NCBI GenBank assembly: GCA_964534365.1
Contig: CAZHOI010000001.1
Location: 188,171-252,170, forward strand
DNA length: 64,000 nt
Origin: an uncultured Candidatus Saccharibacteria bacterium
Lineage (GTDB): Bacteria; Patescibacteriota; Minisyncoccia; Phycocordibacterales; SW-6-46-9
Direction: 5' to 3'
The notes beneath the pieces are model-generated. The model was not told where the DNA came from. It made no database searches and worked only from the letters and a program-made list of their open reading frames with translations. Position 1 is the first letter of the stretch, and every line of letters begins with the position of its first letter. The position numbers and the translations under genes are program-made. Positions 38,836 through 47,908 of the stretch are shown one piece after another.

Positions 38836-39042
38836 TTAACTTTTAGGATGCCATTGATCATTGTCCCCTTTTTCATATTTATTTTTTACCGCTGACCAGG
38901 CAGTCGCGTGCGCCCTGGATTCATCATCATATTGTTGTGCGGCGGAATTAAAGGCTTCTTTATAAATATCCTGCGCATGCGGAACATTTGACAGTGCATT
39001 TTGCACGTCATCGGGTAAGTCGTTTGTTGAGTTATAAGGCAT
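38836..39042 (-). CDS. chaB: ChaB family protein
   Basis: MPYNSTNDLP, HAQDIYKEAFNSA, AWSAVK. Confidence 0.9.
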   Translation of the reverse strand: MPYNSTNDLPDDVQNALSNVPHAQDIYKEAFNSAAQQYDDESRAHATAWSAVKNKYEKGDNDQWHPKS

Positions 39043-39183
39043 TAATCAAATTGTACAGAAATTTCAAACTGTATGCTAGCTAAATCTCTGATTTATGTTG
39101 TAATTATAAATTAATTACTTAAAATAGTACTAGCCTCGAGAAGTCCTCGAGCACGTACCTCACCCTCTCTCGCTCTGTCACCC

Positions 39184-39549
39184 ATGAATACTAGCCTGAT
39201 CGCAGATTTGATCTGTAGACGCTCTAGACGTCAAACCCTACCCAGTAGGTTTGATCCAGATAAAATTCATGTCTTTGAAATTCTACCGATTGAACACAGT
39301 ATTCGGAGTTCTAGCTCTGGCACCAGATTTATCAGGTTCCGACTATGGATTCCCCATAGCAAATCTGTAGACAAAAGAGTCAAAATTCAACATTGCGACA
39401 ACGGCATTACCCCCGTCAACTTCTTTTTCACTCTAAATGGTACTGTTAGAGGAATGAACAGAATACAATTAATCGTTCCGTCTTTTGGCAGGACTTTCGT
39501 TGTGGCCATAAATAATGAGGTTATAGCCGAGCTACTTCACAATGGCTGA
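39184..39549 (+). CDS. hypothetical protein (ORFan-like)
   Basis: 121 aa ORF followed by a terminator hairpin at ~39555-39592. Confidence 0.5.
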   Translation: MNTSLIADLICRRSRRQTLPSRFDPDKIHVFEILPIEHSIRSSSSGTRFIRFRLWIPHSKSVDKRVKIQHCDNGITPVNFFFTLNGTVRGMNRIQLIVPSFGRTFVVAINNEVIAELLHNG

Positions 39550-39594
39550 GGGCAGAGGGTGCAGCGCACATCAGCGTTGTACCCTCTTTTTATT

Positions 39595-39755
39595 AAAAAA
39601 ATTGGCCCGACGCTCCTACTACATGACGCAGTAAGATTGCCGGGCCCAGACAGTCTGTTTAGATCAGTGGTGGTAACCTTCCCCTAGATATAAAAAGAGT
39701 GACCTGAACAGACTGCCCCGTGGTGGTACCTGTTCGACCGTTGAGGGTCGAGGAT
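39595..39755 (-). ncRNA. candidate small structured RNA
   Basis: Minus-strand TTGACA-17-TAATAT promoter at ~39762-39790; long stem GGCAGTCTGTTCAGGTCA/TGATCTAAACAGACTGTC; terminal GC hairpin + U-run; no ORF. Confidence 0.5.
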
Positions 39756-39909
39756 TAGTATATATTAAAATGCTTAACTTCATTTGTCAAGTAACCATTG
39801 ATCTTTAATTCAATCCTTCACTAAGTGGATAAACTTGAAAAAATTCCATTATTTGTCCTATATTATATACAGACTCATTCGCTGGCCTTCCACCTAAACC
39901 CCTCCTGCC

Positions 39910-40377
39910 ATGTGCACGCTCACCGGAAAAGTTGGTTCATTCGGCCAAATACCTGTGGCCTCTCGTGACCAAGGATTGATTCTTGATTCACTTTCTTTTA
40001 AATCGTTTGGTTTTATCGCCCGATTATTAAAACAATTGGGTTATCATCTTTTGGACGATCGTGAAAACCCACTATACGCCGACCGCAAGCACGGCTGGCT
40101 ATATATTTATGGAGACAAAGAACCCTTGATTGGCATTACTTGTGACACCTTAAAGCTTAGTAATACAAGTAGCGTTGACGTGGTTGTTCTACAGTATCCA
40201 TCAATGGCACGTAAGCCTCATTTAGTTTACGTCAAAAGCCAGTCCGTTGTATTGCAACCTTTCTCGATACCTGGACACGAAATTAGCCTGGTTGAAAAAG
40301 GTCGTAAAGTAGCATCCTATCCTCACCGAACACTATACTTGCCCAGTGATTTGCAGAGGGTGGAGTATCATGACTAA
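39910..40377 (+). CDS. hypothetical protein (ORFan-like)
   Basis: 155 aa ORF followed by terminator CTCCGCCTTGA/TCAAGGCGGAG-TTCTTTTTTT. Confidence 0.5.
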   Translation: MCTLTGKVGSFGQIPVASRDQGLILDSLSFKSFGFIARLLKQLGYHLLDDRENPLYADRKHGWLYIYGDKEPLIGITCDTLKLSNTSSVDVVVLQYPSMARKPHLVYVKSQSVVLQPFSIPGHEISLVEKGRKVASYPHRTLYLPSDLQRVEYHD

Positions 40378-40493
40378 ATAGGTAACCCACCACACTCCGC
40401 CTTGACAATTAATATTCAAGGCGGAGTTCTTTTTTTCATAAAAATAACCCCTGGCAGCAATCAAACTGCAACAGGGGTCTTAATTTGAGACCA

Positions 40494-40889
40494 TTACGCC
40501 TCTTCCATATATACCACAAATTTTTTTCCAATTGTTTGTGGTCCGATCAAAGGCAGCTCTTTTGGATTCACAAACCAGAGTCTTGATTTTTTGAACCAAG
40601 AAATCCAAAGACGTTGCCACCAACTCATGTTTCTAGTGAGTTGATGATAATACTTTTTACGGTACCAAAAATAGATACCCTGTGCTGCCTTGAAATAATC
40701 ACCTAGATTATTTGGCCTAGGTCTGACTCTTCCAAGCATTACTTCTGTGTTATCAAGTTCAGCTACAATTACATGCCCAGTTAAGTTAGATGATTTCGTA
40801 TGTAGTAAACTGATATATTTTGAAGCAGTATCAATTTTAACAGTTATTGTATGTTTTACTTTTTGTGAAGCCTTAGAGGAGATTAGCAT
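40494..40889 (-). CDS. hypothetical protein
   Basis: 131 aa ORF with downstream hairpin 40448-40479. Confidence 0.45.
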   Translation of the reverse strand: MLISSKASQKVKHTITVKIDTASKYISLLHTKSSNLTGHVIVAELDNTEVMLGRVRPRPNNLGDYFKAAQGIYFWYRKKYYHQLTRNMSWWQRLWISWFKKSRLWFVNPKELPLIGPQTIGKKFVVYMEEA

Positions 40890-40999
40890 GCCTTTATTGG
40901 CTAGTGAGAAGGAACGACTAGATGCAAGCTTAACTAAAAATACACCCCTTTTGCAAGTGATTGTTATCAGCCGTGGTTTTAAAAACTAGATTCTATTGA

Positions 41000-41713
41000 T
41001 TAAACAATTGGGCGTATCTTGATATAGCGATTTTTCCACGATCGCAGGAATTGATCGGTGTCCAGGGTTCGATTACCAGACAGCTCGGCCGGGTCACTAT
41101 AGGTAATGGTATTATCATCATTAACCGCCGAAATCACCACCAAATGTGGAATCGGATTAGCGGGGTCAAACGTATAATGGACCGATGCCATAACTGGTCC
41201 GTTTTCCAGCTCGACCGCTAGATCATTCAGAGCTTGTTGTTTGTCAGCTGACAACCAAACTGTTTCGCCATCTAGACCATGTTCATTAGCCAGCGCTATT
41301 AATCCTGCATGCGACCATCCAACCGCGTCATTAAATGCCCCGGCTGCTAGACCACGCTGCAGCAAATCATCTGGTGTAACGGGATCAGTAAAGTAATCAA
41401 TCAACATTGCCAAACTAGCCACCCCACAGCTAACCCCGCGCCACTCTGCTGCGGTGATATCACTAAATTGCGAATAAAATGGTACGGAAGAAATTTCAAT
41501 ACCCTTATCTATGGCGGCGTTTAAAGTTTGATCAAATGACAATTCGTCAACAAAAGGTTGCGCCTCGGCATTCGGTTGCAATAATGCAGCAGCTTGATAA
41601 TTAGTAGCCAAATATAAACCAGCCACATTTGTCAGGGCAATTGAACCTAGCAAAAATCCGGATACCGCACCTCGTTTTTTTAATTTTCGAACCCCCAAAT
41701 TGGTGTTTCGCAT
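41000..41713 (-). CDS. C39-like cysteine peptidase family protein
   Basis: VPFYSQ, SCGVASLAM, PHLVVI, DP motifs. Confidence 0.8.
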   Translation of the reverse strand: MRNTNLGVRKLKKRGAVSGFLLGSIALTNVAGLYLATNYQAAALLQPNAEAQPFVDELSFDQTLNAAIDKGIEISSVPFYSQFSDITAAEWRGVSCGVASLAMLIDYFTDPVTPDDLLQRGLAAGAFNDAVGWSHAGLIALANEHGLDGETVWLSADKQQALNDLAVELENGPVMASVHYTFDPANPIPHLVVISAVNDDNTITYSDPAELSGNRTLDTDQFLRSWKNRYIKIRPIV

Positions 41714-41773
41714 TTAGTTTACACTACCACAAATTGGGGTATTGACGTCTAGTATATATTATTATTTAATATA

Positions 41774-42712
41774 TTAATCTTGTACTACTACTTTGGTTCC
41801 CAACACTGCCCAATCGTATAGTTTCTTGGCATCTTCGGGTCGTAAATTTACACAGCCATGTGATTCACGTGATCCAAATTCATTATGCCAATAGGCCCCG
41901 TGTATTACTGCTCCATCATAGGTAAAATACAAATCCCATGGCACCCCTGGTAAGTCATATTCATCGGTTAATCCTGAACCTGGAATTGGACCCTGCATGT
42001 AGCGTGTAGGCATTTTTTTAAACACTTCAAATTCACCAACCCTGGTTGGCGATAGTTCTTCACCAGTCGATACTACTACTTTCATAAACTCGGCATCGCC
42101 TTGATAAGCGGTCAGGGTCTGATCTGATCGATCAATCACAATCTTTTTATCGGTTTGTTTGGCTCCATCTTCCCATTCAGTTACCGGCTTTTCTTCTATA
42201 AATTGTCGTACATACGGGGCTGCCACCCATTGCTCGGACTCGACTCTTTCTGGGTAATATAGTTTTTGATTGTCAAAGGATACCCGATACCAATCCATAC
42301 CATCCTCTGATTTAGCTGTTTCTACCACCCTTAATACCATGCCGGTTCGATACCGATCAACAATAGCAAAATCCGATCCGGGTCCAGAACGAACATTCAA
42401 ACAATCGTTCTGGAAGTTATAATCACAACCATCAATCACCTCGATATAAACTCCTTCATCTTCAGGGGTTTCTGGTATCGAGGCGGTAGTGTCAAACCTA
42501 TCATCACGAGAATTGATTGTATTAAACCGCGCATTATTTTCTGTTTCATTAGATAAAGCTTGGTTAACCTGGACTTCACTGCTATTAGCTAGTTGAGAAG
42601 TTGCAGACGTATTAGCAACCGTGTTTGTTTCATTACTAAATACACCAAATCCAACAACTGCTATAGCTGCCACTACTAATAATCCGGGTCCAAAAAATTT
42701 ATTCATGTTCAT
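41774..42712 (-). CDS. L,D-transpeptidase with SH3 domain
   Basis: LNVRSGPG SH3b; IHGAYWH, SHGCVNL. Confidence 0.92.
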   Translation of the reverse strand: MNMNKFFGPGLLVVAAIAVVGFGVFSNETNTVANTSATSQLANSSEVQVNQALSNETENNARFNTINSRDDRFDTTASIPETPEDEGVYIEVIDGCDYNFQNDCLNVRSGPGSDFAIVDRYRTGMVLRVVETAKSEDGMDWYRVSFDNQKLYYPERVESEQWVAAPYVRQFIEEKPVTEWEDGAKQTDKKIVIDRSDQTLTAYQGDAEFMKVVVSTGEELSPTRVGEFEVFKKMPTRYMQGPIPGSGLTDEYDLPGVPWDLYFTYDGAVIHGAYWHNEFGSRESHGCVNLRPEDAKKLYDWAVLGTKVVVQD

Positions 42713-42759
42713 TACCTTAATATAACAAAAATGTACCTATTGTACAAACTGGCAAAATG

Positions 42760-43110
42760 CTATCGATTTTGGTGCCATTTGGTCAACAATAACTTGGCAG
42801 CTAGCTGCGCCCGAACTGCCATAATCTGATTTTCACTATTTTGCAGCTGCAGCAGTTTTTGCAACAAATCTTGACCGGCCTGGCCTCCTTGAATAGGAAT
42901 CATCCGTGGATCATTGTCTTCAATTCGAATAACCTCCTTTTCACCATCATCCTGCAATCCCTCGGCCCCATCACCAATACCACAATCAGTATCAGCACAA
43001 TAAACTGGTTGCCCGTTAACATATCCATCTGGTTGAGGGGTTTGCGCACTAGCAGTAAATCCAAACGATAGGATAGTAAAAGCTAGTAACAATGTAGTAA
43101 TCATTTTCAT
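42760..43110 (-). CDS. small secreted hypothetical protein
   Basis: Signal peptide ending in ASA; 116 aa. Confidence 0.55.
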   Translation of the reverse strand: MKMITTLLLAFTILSFGFTASAQTPQPDGYVNGQPVYCADTDCGIGDGAEGLQDDGEKEVIRIEDNDPRMIPIQGGQAGQDLLQKLLQLQNSENQIMAVRAQLAAKLLLTKWHQNR

Positions 43111-43235
43111 AATCTATATTGTAGCTGACAAATTGTCATTTGACTATTGCTTGATTGAGAGGAATCTATCATTATAATTGCAATCTGACCCCTCAATAAC
43201 GAGGGCGCTCGCTCGTTCTACCACCCCCCAACTCC

Positions 43236-43742
43236 ATGCGTTTGCGCATCCCCGATCCTCAAGTAGCCCTAGATTCAATTCCAACCAAATCAATTCTCCC
43301 TCACTTTCCCGGCTGTAGCAGAATTGAAAGTCGCGGCGGTTTACGATTTAGCTTAGATCAACATGCCGTAGCTGCTTTGCAAGGACTAGACCAGCGACCC
43401 GTGACCAAGCCTATTGTTTGGCTGACGTTTTTTCAAATCAACCTTCAGGGTGAACAAGCTCTGATGGTTATTGGGAAAGTCAGCTACCTTCAAAATGGCC
43501 AGCAAAAAGAACAAGTTGCCCTGCCAACCAAACCCACTCGGTTGACCATGGGTGACTTGCGTCAAAAGCTGGGACCAAAGCATACTGCGGCGATTAGTGG
43601 GTTGCTGTCACGAGACACTAGCTACCAAATATCGCTAGGAGGAAACGGTCAGCTAAACCAGAGGCGAATCAGTGTGATCATAGATCCGCCTAGCTACGAG
43701 CAGAAGCAAATAGAGCTTGACTACAAGCTCGGCTCTAGCTAA
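43236..43742 (+). CDS. hypothetical protein (ORFan-like)
   Basis: 168 aa ORF with TATAAT promoter and downstream terminator. Confidence 0.5.
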   Translation: MRLRIPDPQVALDSIPTKSILPHFPGCSRIESRGGLRFSLDQHAVAALQGLDQRPVTKPIVWLTFFQINLQGEQALMVIGKVSYLQNGQQKEQVALPTKPTRLTMGDLRQKLGPKHTAAISGLLSRDTSYQISLGGNGQLNQRRISVIIDPPSYEQKQIELDYKLGSS

Positions 43743-43859
43743 CTCATATGGCCAGTTTGATGATTGGGCCCGCCTGGTTTCCTAACCCGGAACTAGGCGG
43801 CTTTTATTTTACAAGCTTATTTTATATAGTATTAATTAGATCACCAGCCAATCTGCAAG

Positions 43860-44081
43860 ATGCAGTCTCTCAGACTTGATCCGGGACAAGAACTTCCATT
43901 CGACAGAGGAATTTTGATGGGACAACCTGACGGTCGGATTTCGTTAACAACTGTGTACGGCGCCACCGTTGCCAACCGCCCGGCTGATAGCCTGGTTCTG
44001 GACCTGACTGAAACCGGTTCTTTTACCCTTGTTGGCTTGCCAGGTTATGAGCAGCCATACAACCTGGGCAATTTGTCCTAA
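43860..44081 (+). CDS. small hypothetical protein
   Basis: 73 aa ORF ending at hairpin 44085-44107. Confidence 0.4.
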   Translation: MQSLRLDPGQELPFDRGILMGQPDGRISLTTVYGATVANRPADSLVLDLTETGSFTLVGLPGYEQPYNLGNLS

Positions 44082-44134
44082 AAAAACCCCTCATCAAGTG
44101 AGGGGTTAATCTTTATTATTAGACTGACTAACGA

Positions 44135-45037
44135 CTATTCACCGTCTTCGATTTCTAGATCAATAACTTCAAAACCTTCATTTAATTCAGCTTCGCCCGC
44201 GCGCCCATCAGATAATAGGAACTCTACTTCGTAGCCATCACCTTCACGCTCGACCTCAATGACTTCGGCGTCATCTTCATTTTCTTCATCCTCTAAATAA
44301 TCTAGTACTGCGTCCTTGGCGGCTTCATATTCTTCATCAGTTACTTCGGCATCATCTTCGACTTCATCTTCTTCGTCATCTGATTCCTCGACCTCAACAA
44401 TTTCAAAATCATTGTTTAACTCAACCTCGACTTCATCGCCATTTTCGCGACGAACTTCTGCTTCGTACCCGTTATCGTCACGCTCGACACCTAATACTTC
44501 TACATCTTCATCGCGGTAATATTCTACTACCGCTGATTCGACCATTTCAATCTCTTCGTCAGTCAATTTATCACTATCATCCTGATCATCGTAATCGTCG
44601 TTCTCTTCATCGTCCTCTTCATCGTCATTTTGCAATTCATCGCGCTGATCACGTAGATCATCGCGCATCGTATCTGGTGAAGTCAGCATCATTAACAATA
44701 ATTCCAAGAAAGTTTGTTTCTGTTCAACGGATAGCTGTGAGTTCTGAATAATTCGGAATAGCGACACAAATTGTCCCGGCGCAATTTTATTCATTCCCCG
44801 CCTTTTATCTTTCACTTTTTTACCAGTCCATTTCTTATTTTTTAAATTTTCATCATCGTTACCTTCTTCTATCATTTCATCATGGTCCTGAGAAACATCA
44901 GTTTGGACATCAGCACTACGATTGGGTCCGCGGTTATAGCCCTCACGATGCGTGGCTTGAACCGGCAGTGAACCCGTTAACAAAAAGACTGCTAATACCA
45001 GTAATGATAATAATTTATTTATTTTAATTTTTTTCAT
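44135..45037 (-). CDS. secreted acidic protein with two PepSY-like repeats
   Basis: Signal peptide; duplicated VER-x-x-x-GYE-x-E...E-x-ELN-x-x-FE-[IV] units; start set at MKKIK. Confidence 0.7.
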   Translation of the reverse strand: MKKIKINKLLSLLVLAVFLLTGSLPVQATHREGYNRGPNRSADVQTDVSQDHDEMIEEGNDDENLKNKKWTGKKVKDKRRGMNKIAPGQFVSLFRIIQNSQLSVEQKQTFLELLLMMLTSPDTMRDDLRDQRDELQNDDEEDDEENDDYDDQDDSDKLTDEEIEMVESAVVEYYRDEDVEVLGVERDDNGYEAEVRRENGDEVEVELNNDFEIVEVEESDDEEDEVEDDAEVTDEEYEAAKDAVLDYLEDEENEDDAEVIEVEREGDGYEVEFLLSDGRAGEAELNEGFEVIDLEIEDGE

Positions 45038-45063
45038 TATATAAATATTATACACGTATAAAT

Positions 45064-45282
45064 ACAAAAACCCCTGGGTTTCCTAGCAAAGTCAGCAGGC
45101 AGCACAATCGGCTTGCGACTAACTTGGCTAGAATACCAAAGGAGTTTGTGGAAGTGCATTGCTGCACCGTGCTTTAACCGGGTCCTCTCCCTGGTCTTTC
45201 AACCATAACCCAATCAAACTTAGCAACCGTCCCACGGGTTGAACACGGTCAAGGTTTCCGGGGGGTTAAACCTTGACTCCAG
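45064..45282 (-). ncRNA. candidate multi-stem structured RNA (~220 nt)
   Basis: Several stems, upstream TTGCAA-17-TAAATT promoter-like site, terminal long hairpin + U-run; no ORF. Confidence 0.5.
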
Positions 45283-45393
45283 CTATAATTTATAGTTATT
45301 TAACTGGTTTTGCAACCATATTAGTAACTTTAAAAACCATTTGAAAGTGGTTTTTAAAGGCTTATTTTGCTTTTATAACTCTAGTAAGAGCTA

Positions 45394-45852
45394 TTATTCA
45401 GCCGGAATTACCAATTTCTGACCCGGATAAATCTCATCAGGATCTTTCAGCATTGGCCGATTAGCCTCGAATATTTGTGGGTATTTGCTGGCATCACCAT
45501 ATACTTCGGCAGCAATACCGGACAAGGTATCGCCTGATTGAACCTCGTAATAGCGAACTCGATCATCTGCAACTTCATTATCATTATCATCAACTACTTG
45601 GATCAGATCGTTTACTCGCTCGACGCCTTCAATATTTCCGATTGTTGCCACAATTCGCTTGCGCTCCAGCATACTGTCAACTTGGCCCTGGACCGTTACC
45701 GTATCATCGCCATCGAATACTGCTTTTATGTCATTGGTTCGCAAATTAAAGTTCTGCAAATGCTGGTAAACTGCATTGGCCTTTTCCTCGGCCGAGGCCT
45801 CGCGTCCGAATAATTTCTTGCCCGCGCCCTTTATGAAATCTAGTAGTGCCAT
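45394..45852 (-). CDS. BON-LysM peptidoglycan-binding protein (YgaU/Kbp-like)
   Basis: MALLDFIKGAGKKLF, BON domain, YEVQSGDTLSGIA...IFEANRPMLKDPDEIYPGQ. Confidence 0.9.
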   Translation of the reverse strand: MALLDFIKGAGKKLFGREASAEEKANAVYQHLQNFNLRTNDIKAVFDGDDTVTVQGQVDSMLERKRIVATIGNIEGVERVNDLIQVVDDNDNEVADDRVRYYEVQSGDTLSGIAAEVYGDASKYPQIFEANRPMLKDPDEIYPGQKLVIPAE

Positions 45853-45923
45853 AGTTTATATTATTACTTAGTATCACTATATTATATCAAATTGTACGTT
45901 TTGAACAATAGCTTAACCCCAAT

Positions 45924-45944
45924 GGTGCCAGGGACAGTTGCGTT
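45924..45944 (+). repeat. isolated REP copy
   Basis: GGTGCCAGGGACAGTTGCGTT, 20/21 identical to 47092-47112. Confidence 0.75.
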
Positions 45945-46012
45945 TATCGGTACCGCCGTTTGGATCAGTAAAAAACCTGCTAGATAAGAATATTTTACTT
46001 AATTTTAAGATT

Positions 46013-46996
46013 CTACAGTTGCAGTAGCAGTACCCGCAGTAGGGTCACCTTGGTCGAAACTTCCAGATTACTTTGCAGCACCACTCGGATCAAACTGACT
46101 ACTGACGAATTTGTATCGACGTCATTTTCCGAGGTGACTTCTGCTTCATCGCTAAACTCTTCGTCTGACCTTTGATCAGAATCCTCGGTATCATCATCTT
46201 CCATATTATCCCCTTGATCTTGATTGTTGGCGTTAAAAGCACTTAACGAGGCCCCGCCACCTGAATTAGTCAAAGCTGCAGTAGCCGACACTTCGGCCGA
46301 CAGACCGCTTTCGTTATCGGCGTCGTCTTCAGTTACCAAAACATAGTAATAAATAGTGCCATCAGTTATTGCGGTGTCTTCGAAACTAGTGCCAGTAACA
46401 TTGGTGGCAATTTCGACGTATCCCGACCCACTTGTATTCGAGCGCAACACATCATAGTCTTCGGCGTCACTGGATGAACTAGCGGCCCAAGATAAATCAA
46501 TACTGTTTGAGTCAGCACTAGCTGATAAATTGGTTACGGCATCTGGTGCAATTGAATCTACTACTACGTCAGTCGTCAAAGTTGGACCCAAGGCTACGTT
46601 GGCTTCATCACTATCGCTGTATGACAAATCAATCACCGAAGCAAAATCATTAGCCGCTACGTCAATCCCACTTGAATCAGCGTCAACCACAGTCATGACT
46701 AGTTGAAACTCATCCCCCACTCCAGCATTATCATTGATTAAAACGAATGATTCCGAAGCCGAGCCGCCGTAAGCCGTTGTGTCACCTGATACTGCGGTTG
46801 TTGACGAATCATTATTAACCACTACGTCTACGGTAATATTGTCCCCAACATTTATAATTCCATTCGAATCCGCGTCATTAGTTAGCGTAATTGAGCTACT
46901 GACAATAGTTGCGCTGTCGAGAGCCGCATATGTAAAGCCGGGCAATGACATTATTCCAAATGCTATTAATGTTGATATGGTGGTAATTTTTTTCAT
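46013..46996 (-). CDS. secreted acidic fibronectin type III domain protein
   Basis: APDAVTNLSA..IDLSW..YDVLRS..FEDT..YYYV FN3 pattern; signal peptide. Confidence 0.8.
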   Translation of the reverse strand: MKKITTISTLIAFGIMSLPGFTYAALDSATIVSSSITLTNDADSNGIINVGDNITVDVVVNNDSSTTAVSGDTTAYGGSASESFVLINDNAGVGDEFQLVMTVVDADSSGIDVAANDFASVIDLSYSDSDEANVALGPTLTTDVVVDSIAPDAVTNLSASADSNSIDLSWAASSSSDAEDYDVLRSNTSGSGYVEIATNVTGTSFEDTAITDGTIYYYVLVTEDDADNESGLSAEVSATAALTNSGGGASLSAFNANNQDQGDNMEDDDTEDSDQRSDEEFSDEAEVTSENDVDTNSSVVSLIRVVLQSNLEVSTKVTLLRVLLLQL

Positions 46997-47047
46997 TTGT
47001 TTATTAGTTATACAAAACCATTATACCGCACTTCTAAATCCTTTATG

Positions 47048-47110
47048 AAAGGGTGCCAAAAAGGGTGCCATGCCAAAAAGGGTGCCAAAAGGGTGCCAGG
47101 GACATTTGCG
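47048..47110 (+). repeat. REP tandem array downstream of RAYT
   Basis: AAAGGGTGCCA x4 plus a TGCCA partial, ending in GGTGCCAGGGAC. Confidence 0.85.
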
Positions 47111-47749
47111 TTAATCTTGTTTTGTTGTCTTGTTAAATTCTTCGTGCCAATTCAACTCAGCAAATGGCTTTGATTTATTTACGCTGTGGCAAACAGCGTC
47201 GCGCTCGGATTCAGTTAAAGGTTTGTTAAGATCATTTAAATATGTGTCTGGTATGTCGATTGGTGGATTTGTTAAATATTTGTTTTTAATTCTGCTTTTC
47301 CCATTACTGCGCAGCCAGGCACTGCCCCAGCGCCAGTCTTCAGCCTTTTCACAGAGACCAGCTCGCAGAGCATTACGCTCGACATACCGCAGTGTTGTAT
47401 AGAAATAATTATCATCGCCAATTAAAAATGATTTGTACCTGCCTTGATATAAATGCCCGTAACCGACTTGATCATGCATAGATTTATACTGTTTTACATG
47501 AGTATTAGTCAGTCGGTTCATAAATTTAGATAAATCACCATTTATTCGAGGTGACAATATCAAATGCCAATGATTGGGCATAATGCAATACCCCAGTAAC
47601 CTCATATCTATCAATTCAACTGTTTCAAATAGTAAATCGTTAAAACATTTATAATCATCATAACTATTGAATATTTGTCTTCTCCCATTACTACGATTAA
47701 GTACGTGATAATAATAGTTTGCTAAATCTATTCGAGGCTGGCGTGGCAT
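47111..47749 (-). CDS. REP-associated tyrosine transposase (RAYT, Y1 HUH family)
   Basis: MPRQPR, YHVLNR, YCIMPNHWHL (HUH), GHLYQGRYKS, RYVERNALRAG, WRWGS. Confidence 0.9.
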   Translation of the reverse strand: MPRQPRIDLANYYYHVLNRSNGRRQIFNSYDDYKCFNDLLFETVELIDMRLLGYCIMPNHWHLILSPRINGDLSKFMNRLTNTHVKQYKSMHDQVGYGHLYQGRYKSFLIGDDNYFYTTLRYVERNALRAGLCEKAEDWRWGSAWLRSNGKSRIKNKYLTNPPIDIPDTYLNDLNKPLTESERDAVCHSVNKSKPFAELNWHEEFNKTTKQD

Positions 47750-47783
47750 ATCATAATTATACCACCATATTAAACAACTAAGT

Positions 47784-47839
47784 CAAACGTCCCTGGCACC
47801 TATTATGGCACCTATTACAAACGTCCCTGGCACCTATTA
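47784..47839 (-). repeat. REP tandem array upstream of RAYT (inverted relative to downstream array)
   Basis: CAAACGTCCCTGGCACCTATTA x2 with a TGGCACCTATTA partial between. Confidence 0.85.
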
Positions 47840-47908
47840 CGGTAGCTTTTGCAAACAAAAAACTCCCCATAAGGAGAGTTGATTGTTTAGATTAGAAGTT
47901 AAGACAAC

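Noticed and set aside
39052-39066. TGTAC-like operator upstream of chaB
   Set aside because: The GTACA here is part of the TACAAT -10 box and is not positioned like the other copies.
47048-47839. Possible CRISPR array
   Set aside because: Repeats are short and abutting with no unique spacers and no cas genes; they are RAYT-flanking REPs.
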